DNA of 49,700 nt from Actinomycetota bacterium. Lineage in GTDB: Bacteria > Actinomycetota > Thermoleophilia > Solirubrobacterales > Thermoleophilaceae. Every line of letters begins with the position of its first letter. The first letter of the stretch is position 1. Below, in pieces: positions 33,390-42,177 of the stretch. Below the pieces are notes generated by a model, which ran no database searches, was not told the origin of the DNA, and worked only from the letters and a program-made list of their open reading frames with translations. Location of the stretch: the NCBI GenBank assembly GCA_046729895.1, contig JBKPHP010000056.1:1-49700 (forward strand). The letters run 5' to 3'. The position numbers and the translations under genes are program-made.

Positions 33390-34379
33390 CTAGCCGCCGG
33401 GGACGTCGAGCACCACTTTGCCCGTCGAGCGCCGCTCCTCGATCAGCCGCATGGCGTCGGCGCCGCGCTCCAGCGGAAAGCGCGCCCCGACGACCGGGCT
33501 CACGGCGCCCCGCTCGATCAGTCCGTCGATCGCCTCGGCGATCTCGCGCGTGACGTCCGGCTTCGGCATGACGTACGCGCCCCAGCCGGCGCCCACGACC
33601 TCGGTGTTGCGAAGCAGCAGGCGATTGACCTTGACCTCCGGGATCGAGCCGCCGGTGAAACCCACGACGACCAGGCGCCCCTCCTCGCGCAGCGCCCGCA
33701 GGCTGTCGACGAACCGATCGCCGCCCACCGGGTCGATCACCACGTCCACTCCGCCATCCGTGAGCTCTTGGACCTGGTCGCGCCAGGGCCCGTCGGCGCG
33801 CACGATCTCCCCGGCACCGGCCTGGCGGGCGACTCGCTCCTTCTCGTCGCTCGAGACCACGGCGACGGTGCTCGCGCCGAGCCCCTCGGCAACCTGCAGC
33901 GTGGCGGTGCCGACGCCCCCGGCGGCACCGTGCACGAGCACCCGCTCTCCCTCCTTCAGCCTCCCCCGCAGCTTTAGCGCGAAGTAGGCCGTGTGGTAGT
34001 TGAGGATCAGCGCCGCGCCCTCGGCGAAGTCGAGGTTGTCCGGTAGGGGAAAGCTCATCTGGGGCGGGGCCACGGCGAGCTCCGCCCAGCCGCCCAGCGC
34101 GCTGAACGCCGCAACGCGGTCGCCGGGAGACACCGCCGCGCCGTCCGGGGCCGAGCGCACCACGCCGGACACCTCGGCCCCCGGCACGAACGGCAGGTCG
34201 GGCTTGAACTGATAGAGCCCCCGGCTCTGGAGCACGTCCGGGAACGAGACGGCCGCCGCGGCCACCTCCACGACGACCCCCTCGCCGGGGCTGAACATGT
34301 GGCTGGGCTCGGGATCCGGCAGCTCGACCAGCTCGACGCCGTTCGGACCCGAGAGCTCGATGACCTGGAGCGCGCGCAT
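33390..34379 (-). CDS. NADPH:quinone oxidoreductase / zeta-crystallin-like MDR
   Basis: 329 aa with the GAEVSGVV and VLVHGAAGGVGTA motifs. Confidence 0.9.
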   Translation of the reverse strand: MRALQVIELSGPNGVELVELPDPEPSHMFSPGEGVVVEVAAAAVSFPDVLQSRGLYQFKPDLPFVPGAEVSGVVRSAPDGAAVSPGDRVAAFSALGGWAELAVAPPQMSFPLPDNLDFAEGAALILNYHTAYFALKLRGRLKEGERVLVHGAAGGVGTATLQVAEGLGASTVAVVSSDEKERVARQAGAGEIVRADGPWRDQVQELTDGGVDVVIDPVGGDRFVDSLRALREEGRLVVVGFTGGSIPEVKVNRLLLRNTEVVGAGWGAYVMPKPDVTREIAEAIDGLIERGAVSPVVGARFPLERGADAMRLIEERRSTGKVVLDVPGG

Positions 34380-34491
34380 CGACGCGGCGATTCAACCACG
34401 CCCGGCCGCGCCACAGCGCCGGGGCTCGCCTTTGGCGACGACAGGCGGCGCCGGGCCGCGACGGCGATCCCCGCCGTGTAGGTTGTCGCAC

Positions 34492-35331
34492 GTGTCGCCT
34501 GAGGAGATGGACTTCGCGGGTCGGGTAGCGGTCGTGACTGGCGCCGGCTCAGGCATCGGGCGCTCCACCGCGGTCCTGCTCGGCCGCATGGGCGTCGCGG
34601 TGCACGCGGCCGACCTGGACGGACAGAGGGCCGAGGCCGTTGCCTCGCAGATCGAGGCGGCCAATGGGCGTGCCGCCGCCCACGCCGTGGACGTAAGCGA
34701 GCCCGCTGCGGTGGAGGCGCTCGCCGACGAGGTATTCGCGGCGGAGGGGGCGGTAGACATCCTCCATAACAACGCCGGCATCGGGCACGCGGGGCCCGTG
34801 GACGAGATCACGCTGGAGGAATGGCAGCGGGTCCTGGGCGTGAACCTGATGGGTGTCGTCCACGGGATCCACTACTTCGTCCCCCGGATGCTGCGGCAGG
34901 GACGGCCTGGCCACATCGTCAACACAGCGTCGCTGGCCGGGCTCGTGCCGGTTGCCAACCTGGCGCCCTACTGCACCTCGAAGCACGCGGTCGTGGGCCT
35001 GAGCGAGTCCCTCAACGCCGAGCTCGCGCCGCGCGGCATCCGCGTGAGCGCGATCTGCCCCGGCTTCATCAACACCCCGATCCTGGACGGCGCCCACCTC
35101 GACGGTGAGCTCGCCGCCCAGCGGGACCGGCTCAAGAGCTTCTACGAGCGGTTCGGCTCCTCCCCCGACGTCGTGGCCGAGGCGGTGGTGGACGCGGTGC
35201 GCCGGAACAAGATCATCCGCACCGTGCCGCGCCACCACGTGGTGCTCAATTGGGCGCTCCGGCGGATCTCGCCGCGGGCGGCGCAGCCGCTGGCGCGTGC
35301 CACCATGCGCCTCGTCTCGGGCCGGAACTGA
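34492..35331 (+). CDS. short-chain dehydrogenase/reductase (SDR)
   Basis: TGAGSGIG, NNAG and YCTSK motifs. The start is GTG 34492 or ATG 34507. The upstream part of the tracked ORF is antisense to Qor. Confidence 0.85.
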   Translation: MSPEEMDFAGRVAVVTGAGSGIGRSTAVLLGRMGVAVHAADLDGQRAEAVASQIEAANGRAAAHAVDVSEPAAVEALADEVFAAEGAVDILHNNAGIGHAGPVDEITLEEWQRVLGVNLMGVVHGIHYFVPRMLRQGRPGHIVNTASLAGLVPVANLAPYCTSKHAVVGLSESLNAELAPRGIRVSAICPGFINTPILDGAHLDGELAAQRDRLKSFYERFGSSPDVVAEAVVDAVRRNKIIRTVPRHHVVLNWALRRISPRAAQPLARATMRLVSGRN

Positions 35332-35409
35332 AGATCGCCCGGGGCATGACTGCGAGTCTGGCCCTCGCCCGGTACGCTGCCGTCCGCCGGTCGCGAAATG
35401 GGGAGTTTC

Positions 35410-35423
35410 CCTGCGATCGCAGG
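35410..35423. promoter_or_regulatory. perfect 14-bp palindrome upstream of the desaturase gene (candidate operator)
   Basis: cctgcgatcgcagg lies in the 169-bp untranslated region, 78 nt before the ATG at 35501. Confidence 0.3.
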
Positions 35424-35500
35424 TTGAACCCGCCTTCGCGGGGTAAGGAAGTCGCGACCGACGTGAAGACGCCCAACCACCGAGCTGAGGAGCGCCGCCC

Positions 35501-36442
35501 ATGAGTGGTCAGTCCCGGCCCAGCGTTCCCGAGACCGAGCCGGTCACGCACGAGACGCGCGACCGGATCATCACCGCCATAGTCACGCTGCTCCCCGTGG
35601 TGGCCCTTGCCATCGCCTGCTGGCAGGCCTGGGCCCACCTGCTTCGCTGGAGCGACCTGATCGTGTTCGCGCTCATGTACGCCCTGACTGGCCTCGGGGT
35701 GACCGTGGGCTTCCACCGCCACCTCACCCACCGCAGCTTTGCCACCAGCGGGGCGCTGCGGACGCTCCTCGCCGTGCTGGGGTCCGCGGCTATCGAGGGT
35801 CCCGTGATCTCCTGGGTGGCCGACCATCGCAAGCACCACACCTTCTCCGACCAGGAGGGCGACCCGCACAGCCCCCACGTCGGCCACGGAGGCGGCTGGC
35901 GAGGGGCGCTCGTCGGGCTCATGCACGCCCATCTCGGCTGGCTGTTCATCCACACCCAGCGGGGCGCCAGGGCGCGCTATGCACGCGATCTCGTGGCCGA
36001 TCCGCTGGTGAGCTTCGTCGACCGGACGTTCCTCCTTTGGGCTCTCGGCGGCTTGGGCGTGGCGTTCGGCCTGGGAGTGGCGATCGGCGGCTCGGTGATC
36101 GCCGGCCTTACGGGCCTCCTCTGGGGAGGCGGGGTGCGCATGCTGGCCGTCCACCACGTGACCTACAGCATCAACTCGCTCTGTCACTTCTTCGGCCGGC
36201 GGCGTTTCGCCACGGACGACCATTCGCACAACCTCTTCTGGCTGGCGATACCGACCTTCGGCGAGTCATGGCACAACAACCACCACGCTTTCCCGACCTC
36301 CGCCATCCACGGCCTTCGCCGCTGGGAGCTCGACATCTCCGGAATGGTGATCCGGGCCCTCGAGGCGGCGGGCCTGGTCTGGGACGTAGTGCGCGTCGAC
36401 CCCGCACGAGCGCGCCGGGAGGCCATCGCCGAAGCCTCCTGA
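35501..36442 (+). CDS. membrane acyl-CoA/acyl-lipid (delta-9-type) fatty-acid desaturase
   Basis: Three His boxes: HRHLTHRSF, DHRKHHTFSD and HNNHHAFP. GAGGAG lies 8 nt before the ATG. Confidence 0.9.
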   Translation: MSGQSRPSVPETEPVTHETRDRIITAIVTLLPVVALAIACWQAWAHLLRWSDLIVFALMYALTGLGVTVGFHRHLTHRSFATSGALRTLLAVLGSAAIEGPVISWVADHRKHHTFSDQEGDPHSPHVGHGGGWRGALVGLMHAHLGWLFIHTQRGARARYARDLVADPLVSFVDRTFLLWALGGLGVAFGLGVAIGGSVIAGLTGLLWGGGVRMLAVHHVTYSINSLCHFFGRRRFATDDHSHNLFWLAIPTFGESWHNNHHAFPTSAIHGLRRWELDISGMVIRALEAAGLVWDVVRVDPARARREAIAEAS

Positions 36443-36456
36443 CCCCAGCCTGACCG

Positions 36457-37677
36457 TTGTTCGCCCGTACCGCCCCGCTACGCACCGAGCTCGAGCGCGC
36501 CCTGCCGGCGCGCCCCTTCTCGGTGGAGCTGTGGGACGGCAGCCGGCTCCCCGCGACGACCGGCAACGGGCCCACTTTCCGTGTCCGCTCGCCGGGCGCC
36601 GTCGCCCACGCGCTGCGCGCCCCCGGGCAGCTCGGCCTGGGACGGGCCTACGTGTCCGGCGAGCTCGACGTAGACGATCTCGATGCGGCGCTCCAGTTGC
36701 TGGGCAGCTGGAAGCCGCCCCGCATCGACCGGTCCGCCCGCACCCGCCTTGCGCTGGCAGCCGCCAGGGCCTGCGGGCTCCGTAGACCACCCCGCGTGCC
36801 GGCCACGGAGCTGAAGCCTCGTGGCCGCCGCCACAGCAGCGAGCGCGACGAGCGAGCGGTCCGCCACCACTACGACCTCCCCGCCGAGTTCTTCGCCCTT
36901 TTCCTCGACAAGTCCATGACCTACAGCTGTGGCCTCTTCTCCCGCGGCGCGACCACGCTGGAGGAGGCCCAGGAGGCGAAGCTGGAGCTCGTCTGCCAGA
37001 AGCTCGGGTTGCAGCCGGGCGACCGAGTGCTGGACGTGGGCTGCGGCTGGGGCAGCTTCGCGATTCACGCCGCGACGCGGCATGGCGCGGAGGTGCTCGG
37101 CATAACCCTCTCGCCGCCGCAAGCCGAGCGCGCCCGCCGGCGAGTCGCCGAGCTCGGGCTCGCGGAGCGGATCCAGATCCAGGTGGCCGACTACCGTGCG
37201 CTGGACGAGAGCCCGTTCGACGCGATCGCCAGCATCGGCATGGTCGAGCACGTGGGGGCGAGCAGGATCGACCTCTACGCTGAGCGGCTGGCCGCGCTCC
37301 TGCGACCCGGAGGGCGGCTGCTCAACCACGGCATCGCACGCCTGCGGCACGGGGAGCCCGAGGCCGGTCCTTTCTCGGAGCGCTACGTGTTCCCCGACGC
37401 AGCCCCGCTGCACGTTTCCCGCGTGCTGGGCGCGATCGAGCAGGCCGACCTCGAGACGATTCACGTGGAGGGGTTCCGCGAGGACTACGCCATCACCCTG
37501 AGCCATTGGATCGATCGGCTGGACGCGCGGCTGGAGGCTGCCATGCGCCTGGCCGGCGCCGAGCGCGCCCGCGTGTGGCGTCTCTACCTCCGGGCCGCCC
37601 GCAACGGCTTCCTGACCGGCTTCACATCCGTGTACCAGGTGCTTGCGGCGCGCCCGGCTACTCGTCGCCCGGGCTGA
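36457..37677 (+). CDS. cfa: cyclopropane-fatty-acyl-phospholipid synthase family SAM-dependent methyltransferase
   Basis: 406 aa. HYDLPAEFF, the SAM motif VLDVGCGWGSF, and the C-terminal YLRAARNGF typical of CFA / mycolic-acid methyltransferases. Confidence 0.9.
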   Translation: MFARTAPLRTELERALPARPFSVELWDGSRLPATTGNGPTFRVRSPGAVAHALRAPGQLGLGRAYVSGELDVDDLDAALQLLGSWKPPRIDRSARTRLALAAARACGLRRPPRVPATELKPRGRRHSSERDERAVRHHYDLPAEFFALFLDKSMTYSCGLFSRGATTLEEAQEAKLELVCQKLGLQPGDRVLDVGCGWGSFAIHAATRHGAEVLGITLSPPQAERARRRVAELGLAERIQIQVADYRALDESPFDAIASIGMVEHVGASRIDLYAERLAALLRPGGRLLNHGIARLRHGEPEAGPFSERYVFPDAAPLHVSRVLGAIEQADLETIHVEGFREDYAITLSHWIDRLDARLEAAMRLAGAERARVWRLYLRAARNGFLTGFTSVYQVLAARPATRRPG

Positions 37678-37731
37678 GCGCACCCTCCTCGGCGGCCTGA
37701 TAGCCGCTTAGGGCGGTAGCTTCCGGCAGCC

Positions 37732-38247
37732 GTGAGCGATCCAGTACTGATCGACCGGCTGCAGTTCACGCTGACGGTCACCTTCCACTACCTCTTCCCG
37801 ATCCTCACGCTGGGCCTTGCGCTGTTCATCGCGTGGCTCAAGACCGTCTCCTACTTCGGGCGCGAGGGCCACCGCTTCCCGTTGCTGCGGAAGACCCAGT
37901 AGGAGCGCGAGGACTACGAGTCTGCACCGCGCTTCTGGGGGAAGATCTTCGCGGTCAACCTCGCGGTAGGCGTGGTCACCGGGATTCCGCTGGAGTTCCC
38001 GTTCGGCACCAACTGGGCGAAGTTCTCGAACTACGCGGGCGGGGTGATCGGCACGACGCTGGCGATCGAGGGGGTTTTCGCCTTCTTCGCCGAATCGGTG
38101 TTCCTCGGCATCTTCCTCGCCGGGCGCGAACGCGTCAGCCCGCGCATCCACTACATCTCGGCGATCTTCATCTTCCTCGGGTCGTGGCTCTCGGGCTTCT
38201 TCATCATCTTCCGCGCCGGACCGAAGCCGCAGCTCGGCACGGAGTAG
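37732..38247 (+). pseudogene. cydA: relic of cytochrome bd oxidase subunit I (cydA): in-frame TAG and loss of the 3' two-thirds
   Basis: From GTG 37732: VSDPVLIDRLQFTLTVTFHYLFPILTLGLALFIAW...RKTQ, then TAG at 37900-37902, then ...RFWGKIFAVNLAVGVVTGIPLEFPFGTNWAKFSNYAGGVIGTTLAIEGVFAFFAESVFLGIF. This matches the CydA N-terminus. Similarity ends at about 38215 and a stop follows at 38245-38247. No cydB follows. Confidence 0.8.
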
Positions 38248-38394
38248 CGGCCGCCCGGCTAGCGTCCTGGGTTGTGGGGCCGGCAGCCCCCTCAGGCAGG
38301 ACGCTTCCGCGCACGCGGGGGTTGCCCCCCGAGCATTTAGGGAACGATGATTCGGAAGGACCGACCAGGCGGAGCAGCGGAGGAGGTAGCAGCG

Positions 38395-40173
38395 ATGGCA
38401 ACAGAGGCGACCAAGGCGACAGGCAGGACGGTCGCCCGGGCGGCGGCAAGCGCGGCAGAGCGCTACCCGGATCGGGTCGTGATGCGACACGTGCAGGACG
38501 GCGAATGGCGCGAGCGGACCTTCGCCGAGGTCGGCGAGCTCGCGGATGAGCTCGCACTCGGGCTCGTGGCACTCGGGCTCGAGCCCGGCGACCGGGTGTC
38601 CATCCTGGCGAATACCCGTCCGGAGTGGACCTTCGCGAGCCTCGCGATCTCCCGAGCCGGCGGGGTGGTCGTGCCGATCTACCCCACCAACTCGCCCGAG
38701 GAGTGCGAGTGGGTGGCCGGCAACGCCGAGGCGCGCATGGTGATCTGCGAGGACGCCGAGCAGGCCGCCAAGATCAGGCAGGTGCGCGGCGGGCTCGAGC
38801 GCCTCGAGCAGCTGATCCTGATCGAGCGCGAGGGCGATGATGATGCGACCACACTCGAGGATCTCCGCGAGCGGGGGCGCGGCCCGGACCGCGCCGAGCT
38901 CGATCGGCGCTGCGACGAGGTCTCCCCGGGCGACCCGTACACGATCATCTACACCTCCGGGACGACCGGCCCGCCCAAGGGCGTCGTGCTGACCCACGCC
39001 AACTGCGCCTCGGTCGGCGTCATGGTCGAGGAGATCGGGTTCGTCACCGAAGAGGACGTGAGCTACCTCTATCTGCCGCTTGCGCACGCCTTCGCCCTCA
39101 CGGTTCAGCTCGCCACGTTCGACGTAGGGAGCTCCATCATCTACTTCGGAGGAAATCCGAAGCAGATCGTCGAGGAGCTGCAGGAGACCAGGCCGACCTA
39201 CTTCCCGTCGGTACCCCGCATCTTCGAGAAGATCTACGCGCAGGCGACCGCCGCAGCCGCGGATGAGCGGCAGCTTCGGCAAGCGGTCGAGGTGGGAGTC
39301 CAGGTGCGGCGGCTGGAGCAGCGCGGCGAGGAGGTGCCGGCGGCCCTGCGGGCGCCCTTCGAAAAGGCGGAGAAGGCGCTCTACGGACACGTCCGGACGC
39401 TCTTCGGCGGCAAGGTGCGGCAGGCTGTCTCGGGAGCGGCGCCGATCTCGCCGGAGATCCTCGAGTTCTTCTACGCCTGCGGTGTCCCGGTGCTCGAGGG
39501 TTGGGGAATGACCGAGACGACGGGCGTCGGCTGCGTCAACACCCTCGAACACCTCCGCTTCGGCACCGTGGGCCGCCCCATGCCCGGCGTCGAGCTGAAG
39601 GTCGACGAGGACGGCGAGATCCTGATGAAGGGCCCGAACGTCTTCCGCGAGTACTGGCGAAACCCGGAGGCCACGCGCGAGACGCTCACCGAGGACGGCT
39701 GGCTTCGCACCGGCGACCTCGGCTCGCTCGACGAGGACGGCTTCCTCTCGATAACCGGCCGCAAGAAGGACATCATCATCACGGCCGGCGGCAAGAACCT
39801 CACACCGTCCAACCTCGAGAACGACCTGAAGCAGTCGCGCTGGATCTCGCAGGCGGTCATGTACGGCGACCGCCGCCCCTACCCGGTGGCGCTGATCACG
39901 CTGGATCCGGAGGAGATCGCGCCGTGGGCGAGGGAGCACGGCATGCCGGAGGACGTGCCGTCGCTCGTCCGGCGCGACGAGGTCCGCGAGCTGATCCAGA
40001 GCCAGCTCGACCGCGCCAACTCGAAGTACGCCAAGGTCGAGCAGATCAAGAAGTTCGCGCTGCTCGACCACGACCTCTCGCAGGAGGAAGGCGAGCTGAC
40101 CCCCACGCTCAAGCTCAAGCGCAATGTCGTCAACGAGCGCTACGCGGACCTGTTCGAAGGGATGTATGGGTGA
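38395..40173 (+). CDS. fadD: long-chain fatty-acid--CoA ligase (AMP-forming, FadD-type)
   Basis: The ATG at 38395 follows GGAGGAGG. AMP-binding motif IIYTSGTTGPPKGV, plus GWGMTET, TGDLG and the C-terminal GELTPTLKLKR. Confidence 0.9.
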   Translation: MATEATKATGRTVARAAASAAERYPDRVVMRHVQDGEWRERTFAEVGELADELALGLVALGLEPGDRVSILANTRPEWTFASLAISRAGGVVVPIYPTNSPEECEWVAGNAEARMVICEDAEQAAKIRQVRGGLERLEQLILIEREGDDDATTLEDLRERGRGPDRAELDRRCDEVSPGDPYTIIYTSGTTGPPKGVVLTHANCASVGVMVEEIGFVTEEDVSYLYLPLAHAFALTVQLATFDVGSSIIYFGGNPKQIVEELQETRPTYFPSVPRIFEKIYAQATAAAADERQLRQAVEVGVQVRRLEQRGEEVPAALRAPFEKAEKALYGHVRTLFGGKVRQAVSGAAPISPEILEFFYACGVPVLEGWGMTETTGVGCVNTLEHLRFGTVGRPMPGVELKVDEDGEILMKGPNVFREYWRNPEATRETLTEDGWLRTGDLGSLDEDGFLSITGRKKDIIITAGGKNLTPSNLENDLKQSRWISQAVMYGDRRPYPVALITLDPEEIAPWAREHGMPEDVPSLVRRDEVRELIQSQLDRANSKYAKVEQIKKFALLDHDLSQEEGELTPTLKLKRNVVNERYADLFEGMYG

Positions 40174-40176
40174 GGC

Positions 40177-40395
40177 TCAGGCTCTCAGATCAGCGCTGTC
40201 GCTTACATCGGGGGGAATCGTCCACGGCCAGTCGTAGCCGACGCGCTCCCACGTGAGCGCAGCCCTCTGCTCCACTCCCTGAAATGTCATCGGCTTGGCG
40301 CTGAGCGTGAGCAGGTGTCCATCAAGCCTCGCCAATCGCACCTGGGCGTTGGCAATCCAGTTCGGATACGAGCAGACCTCAATGTGGTGGATCAC
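40177..40395 (-). CDS. doubtful small ORF (72 aa), unknown
   Basis: It is the only open frame in a visibly A/T-richer stretch, with a GTG start and no SD. Its stop is 3 nt from the convergent fadD stop. I recognise no motif. Confidence 0.25.
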   Translation of the reverse strand: MIHHIEVCSYPNWIANAQVRLARLDGHLLTLSAKPMTFQGVEQRAALTWERVGYDWPWTIPPDVSDSADLRA

Positions 40396-40520
40396 TGTGT
40401 CCTAGTCGGGGACCACTTCGAAGGGCTCGAAGTAGGACTTTCGTTCCTCCTTGGCTGGCGCCCTAGACCCGGGGCGTGGCGTGAGTTAGGTTCGGCCGGA
40501 AAGCGTTCCAGGAGGTCGCG

Positions 40521-40877
40521 ATGGCAGAAGCCGCACTTTTCGTCGGCTGGGGTGCACCCGTCCGAGGCCGGGAGGCCAAGGGACTCGAGGTCTTCAACGA
40601 AAGCGTTGAGTACTGGGGCCGCCTGCAGCAAGAGGGCCGGATCGAGAGCTTCGAGGTGGTACTCCTGTACCCGCACGGCGGCGACCTCGGGGGCTTCGGC
40701 TTGCTGCGCGGCAGCCATGACCAACTCAACGAGGTCGGCGGCGACGATGAGTTCCTCCGCATGACAACGAGAGCGGGGCTTATCGTCGAGAGCCTCGGGG
40801 TGGTGCGAGCCATTGTCGGCGATGGGCTCGGCGCGCAGATCGAGCTCTACCAGCAGTCCGTGAGCGAATTGACCTAG
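40521..40877 (+). CDS. conserved-looking hypothetical protein (118 aa)
   Basis: AGGAGG lies 6 nt before the ATG. Globular composition (MAEAALFVGWGAPVRGREAKGLEVFNESVEYWGRLQQEGRIESFEVVLL...). I cannot name a family. Confidence 0.7.
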   Translation: MAEAALFVGWGAPVRGREAKGLEVFNESVEYWGRLQQEGRIESFEVVLLYPHGGDLGGFGLLRGSHDQLNEVGGDDEFLRMTTRAGLIVESLGVVRAIVGDGLGAQIELYQQSVSELT

Positions 40878-40881
40878 GGCC

Positions 40882-41892
40882 TCAGCCGGCGAGCGAGCGG
40901 CCCGCCGAGCCGAGCTGCCGGCAGGCCTCGGCCACCCGCGCGGCCATTGCCCGCTCGCCCTCGCGGCCCCATGAGCGCGGGTCGTAGGCGCGCTTGCCCC
41001 CCTCGATGCTGAGCACGCTCTCTCGGTTGGCGAGCACGTGGTCGGCGATCGCCCGCGTGAAGGCGAATTGCGCGTCCGTGTCGAGGTTCAGCTTGACGAC
41101 ACCGCCCTGAACGGCCTCCCGAATCTGCGCCTCGCTCGAGCCGCTGCTTCCATGGAAGACGTACTGGAAGCGCGCGCCGGGGTGGACGCGGGCGAGAGCC
41201 TCCTGCCCCTCGGCGAGGATCTCCGGACGCAGCCGAACACGACCGGGGGCGTAGACGCCGTGCACGTTCCCGAAGGTGGCGGCGACGATGTACCGCCCCC
41301 GCTCGCCTGTGCCGAGGGCTTCCGCAACCCTCAGCAGGTCCTCGGGCGTTGTGTAGAGCCGGTCCTCGGTCGCGCCCCGCCCGCTGACGCCGTCCTCCTC
41401 GCCGCCGACCACGCCACACTCCATCTCGAGGACGACGTCCGCGCGCGCGCAGCGGCGCAGCAGGTCGCTCGAGATCCTCAGGTTCTCCTCGAGCGGCAGC
41501 GTCGAGCCGTCGAACATGTGCGAGTTGAAGAGCGGCTGCTCGCCGCGCTCCCGACGTGCCACCGACTCGTCGAGCAGCGGTCGGAGGAAGCGATCGAGGT
41601 GGTCGGGCGGACAGTGGTCGGTATGGAGCGCAACCAGCACCGCGTGGCTCTCCGCCACCTCTCTGGTGAAGGCGGCCAGGGCCCGCGCACCCGCCGCCTC
41701 GTCGCCGCCCGAGAGGTACGAGGCCCCGCCGGTGGTGATCTGGAGTATCCCGTCCGCTCCCGCTTCGGCGAAGCCGCGCAGGGCGGCGTTCAGGGTCTGT
41801 GACGAAGTGACGTTGACCGCCGCGTATGCGTAGCCCTGGTCGGAGGCCGCGTCGAGCATGGCCACGTATTGCTCTGGAGTGGCGATCGGCAC
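40882..41892 (-). CDS. fba: class II fructose-1,6-bisphosphate aldolase
   Basis: 336 aa. N-terminal MPIATPEQYVAMLD...YAYAAVNV, then HTDHC, SHMFDGS, the NVHGVY region and FVFHGSSGS: the zinc and substrate motifs of class IIa aldolases. Confidence 0.95.
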   Translation of the reverse strand: MPIATPEQYVAMLDAASDQGYAYAAVNVTSSQTLNAALRGFAEAGADGILQITTGGASYLSGGDEAAGARALAAFTREVAESHAVLVALHTDHCPPDHLDRFLRPLLDESVARRERGEQPLFNSHMFDGSTLPLEENLRISSDLLRRCARADVVLEMECGVVGGEEDGVSGRGATEDRLYTTPEDLLRVAEALGTGERGRYIVAATFGNVHGVYAPGRVRLRPEILAEGQEALARVHPGARFQYVFHGSSGSSEAQIREAVQGGVVKLNLDTDAQFAFTRAIADHVLANRESVLSIEGGKRAYDPRSWGREGERAMAARVAEACRQLGSAGRSLAG

Positions 41893-41970
41893 GGCGTCAA
41901 CTACTACCAGGCGAATTCCGGGCTGCTCCGGCCATGGAGTCGAGCGACCAGGTCCGGCTGACGCCTCGAG

Positions 41971-42177
41971 TCAGCCGGTGGCGAGCATCACGTCGGAAGC
42001 CTTGATGAGGGCGGTCGCCTTGCTTCCCTCGGCGAGCCCGAGCTCCTCCACCGCCTCGACCGTGATCGAGGCGACGAGCCGCTGCCCTGCCACGTCGAGC
42101 TCCACGTTGGCGATCGCCTCGCCGCGACGGATGCTCTGGACGGTGCCCTCGAGTTGGTTGCGCGCGCTGATCTTCAT
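41971..42177 (-). CDS. mop: molbindin (single Mop/TOBE molybdate-binding domain)
   Basis: 68 aa. [66 protein letters not shown] is a textbook Mop sequence. GGAGG lies 9 nt upstream. 4-bp overlap with modC. Confidence 0.85.
   Translation of the reverse strand: MKISARNQLEGTVQSIRRGEAIANVELDVAGQRLVASITVEAVEELGLAEGSKATALIKASDVMLATG

Noticed and set aside
37708-40071. 787-codon minus-strand ORF
   Set aside because: It is antisense to fadD, which has clear AMP-binding motifs, and to the cydA relic. It has no recognisable motif and an Arg/Leu/Asp-rich shadow-frame composition.
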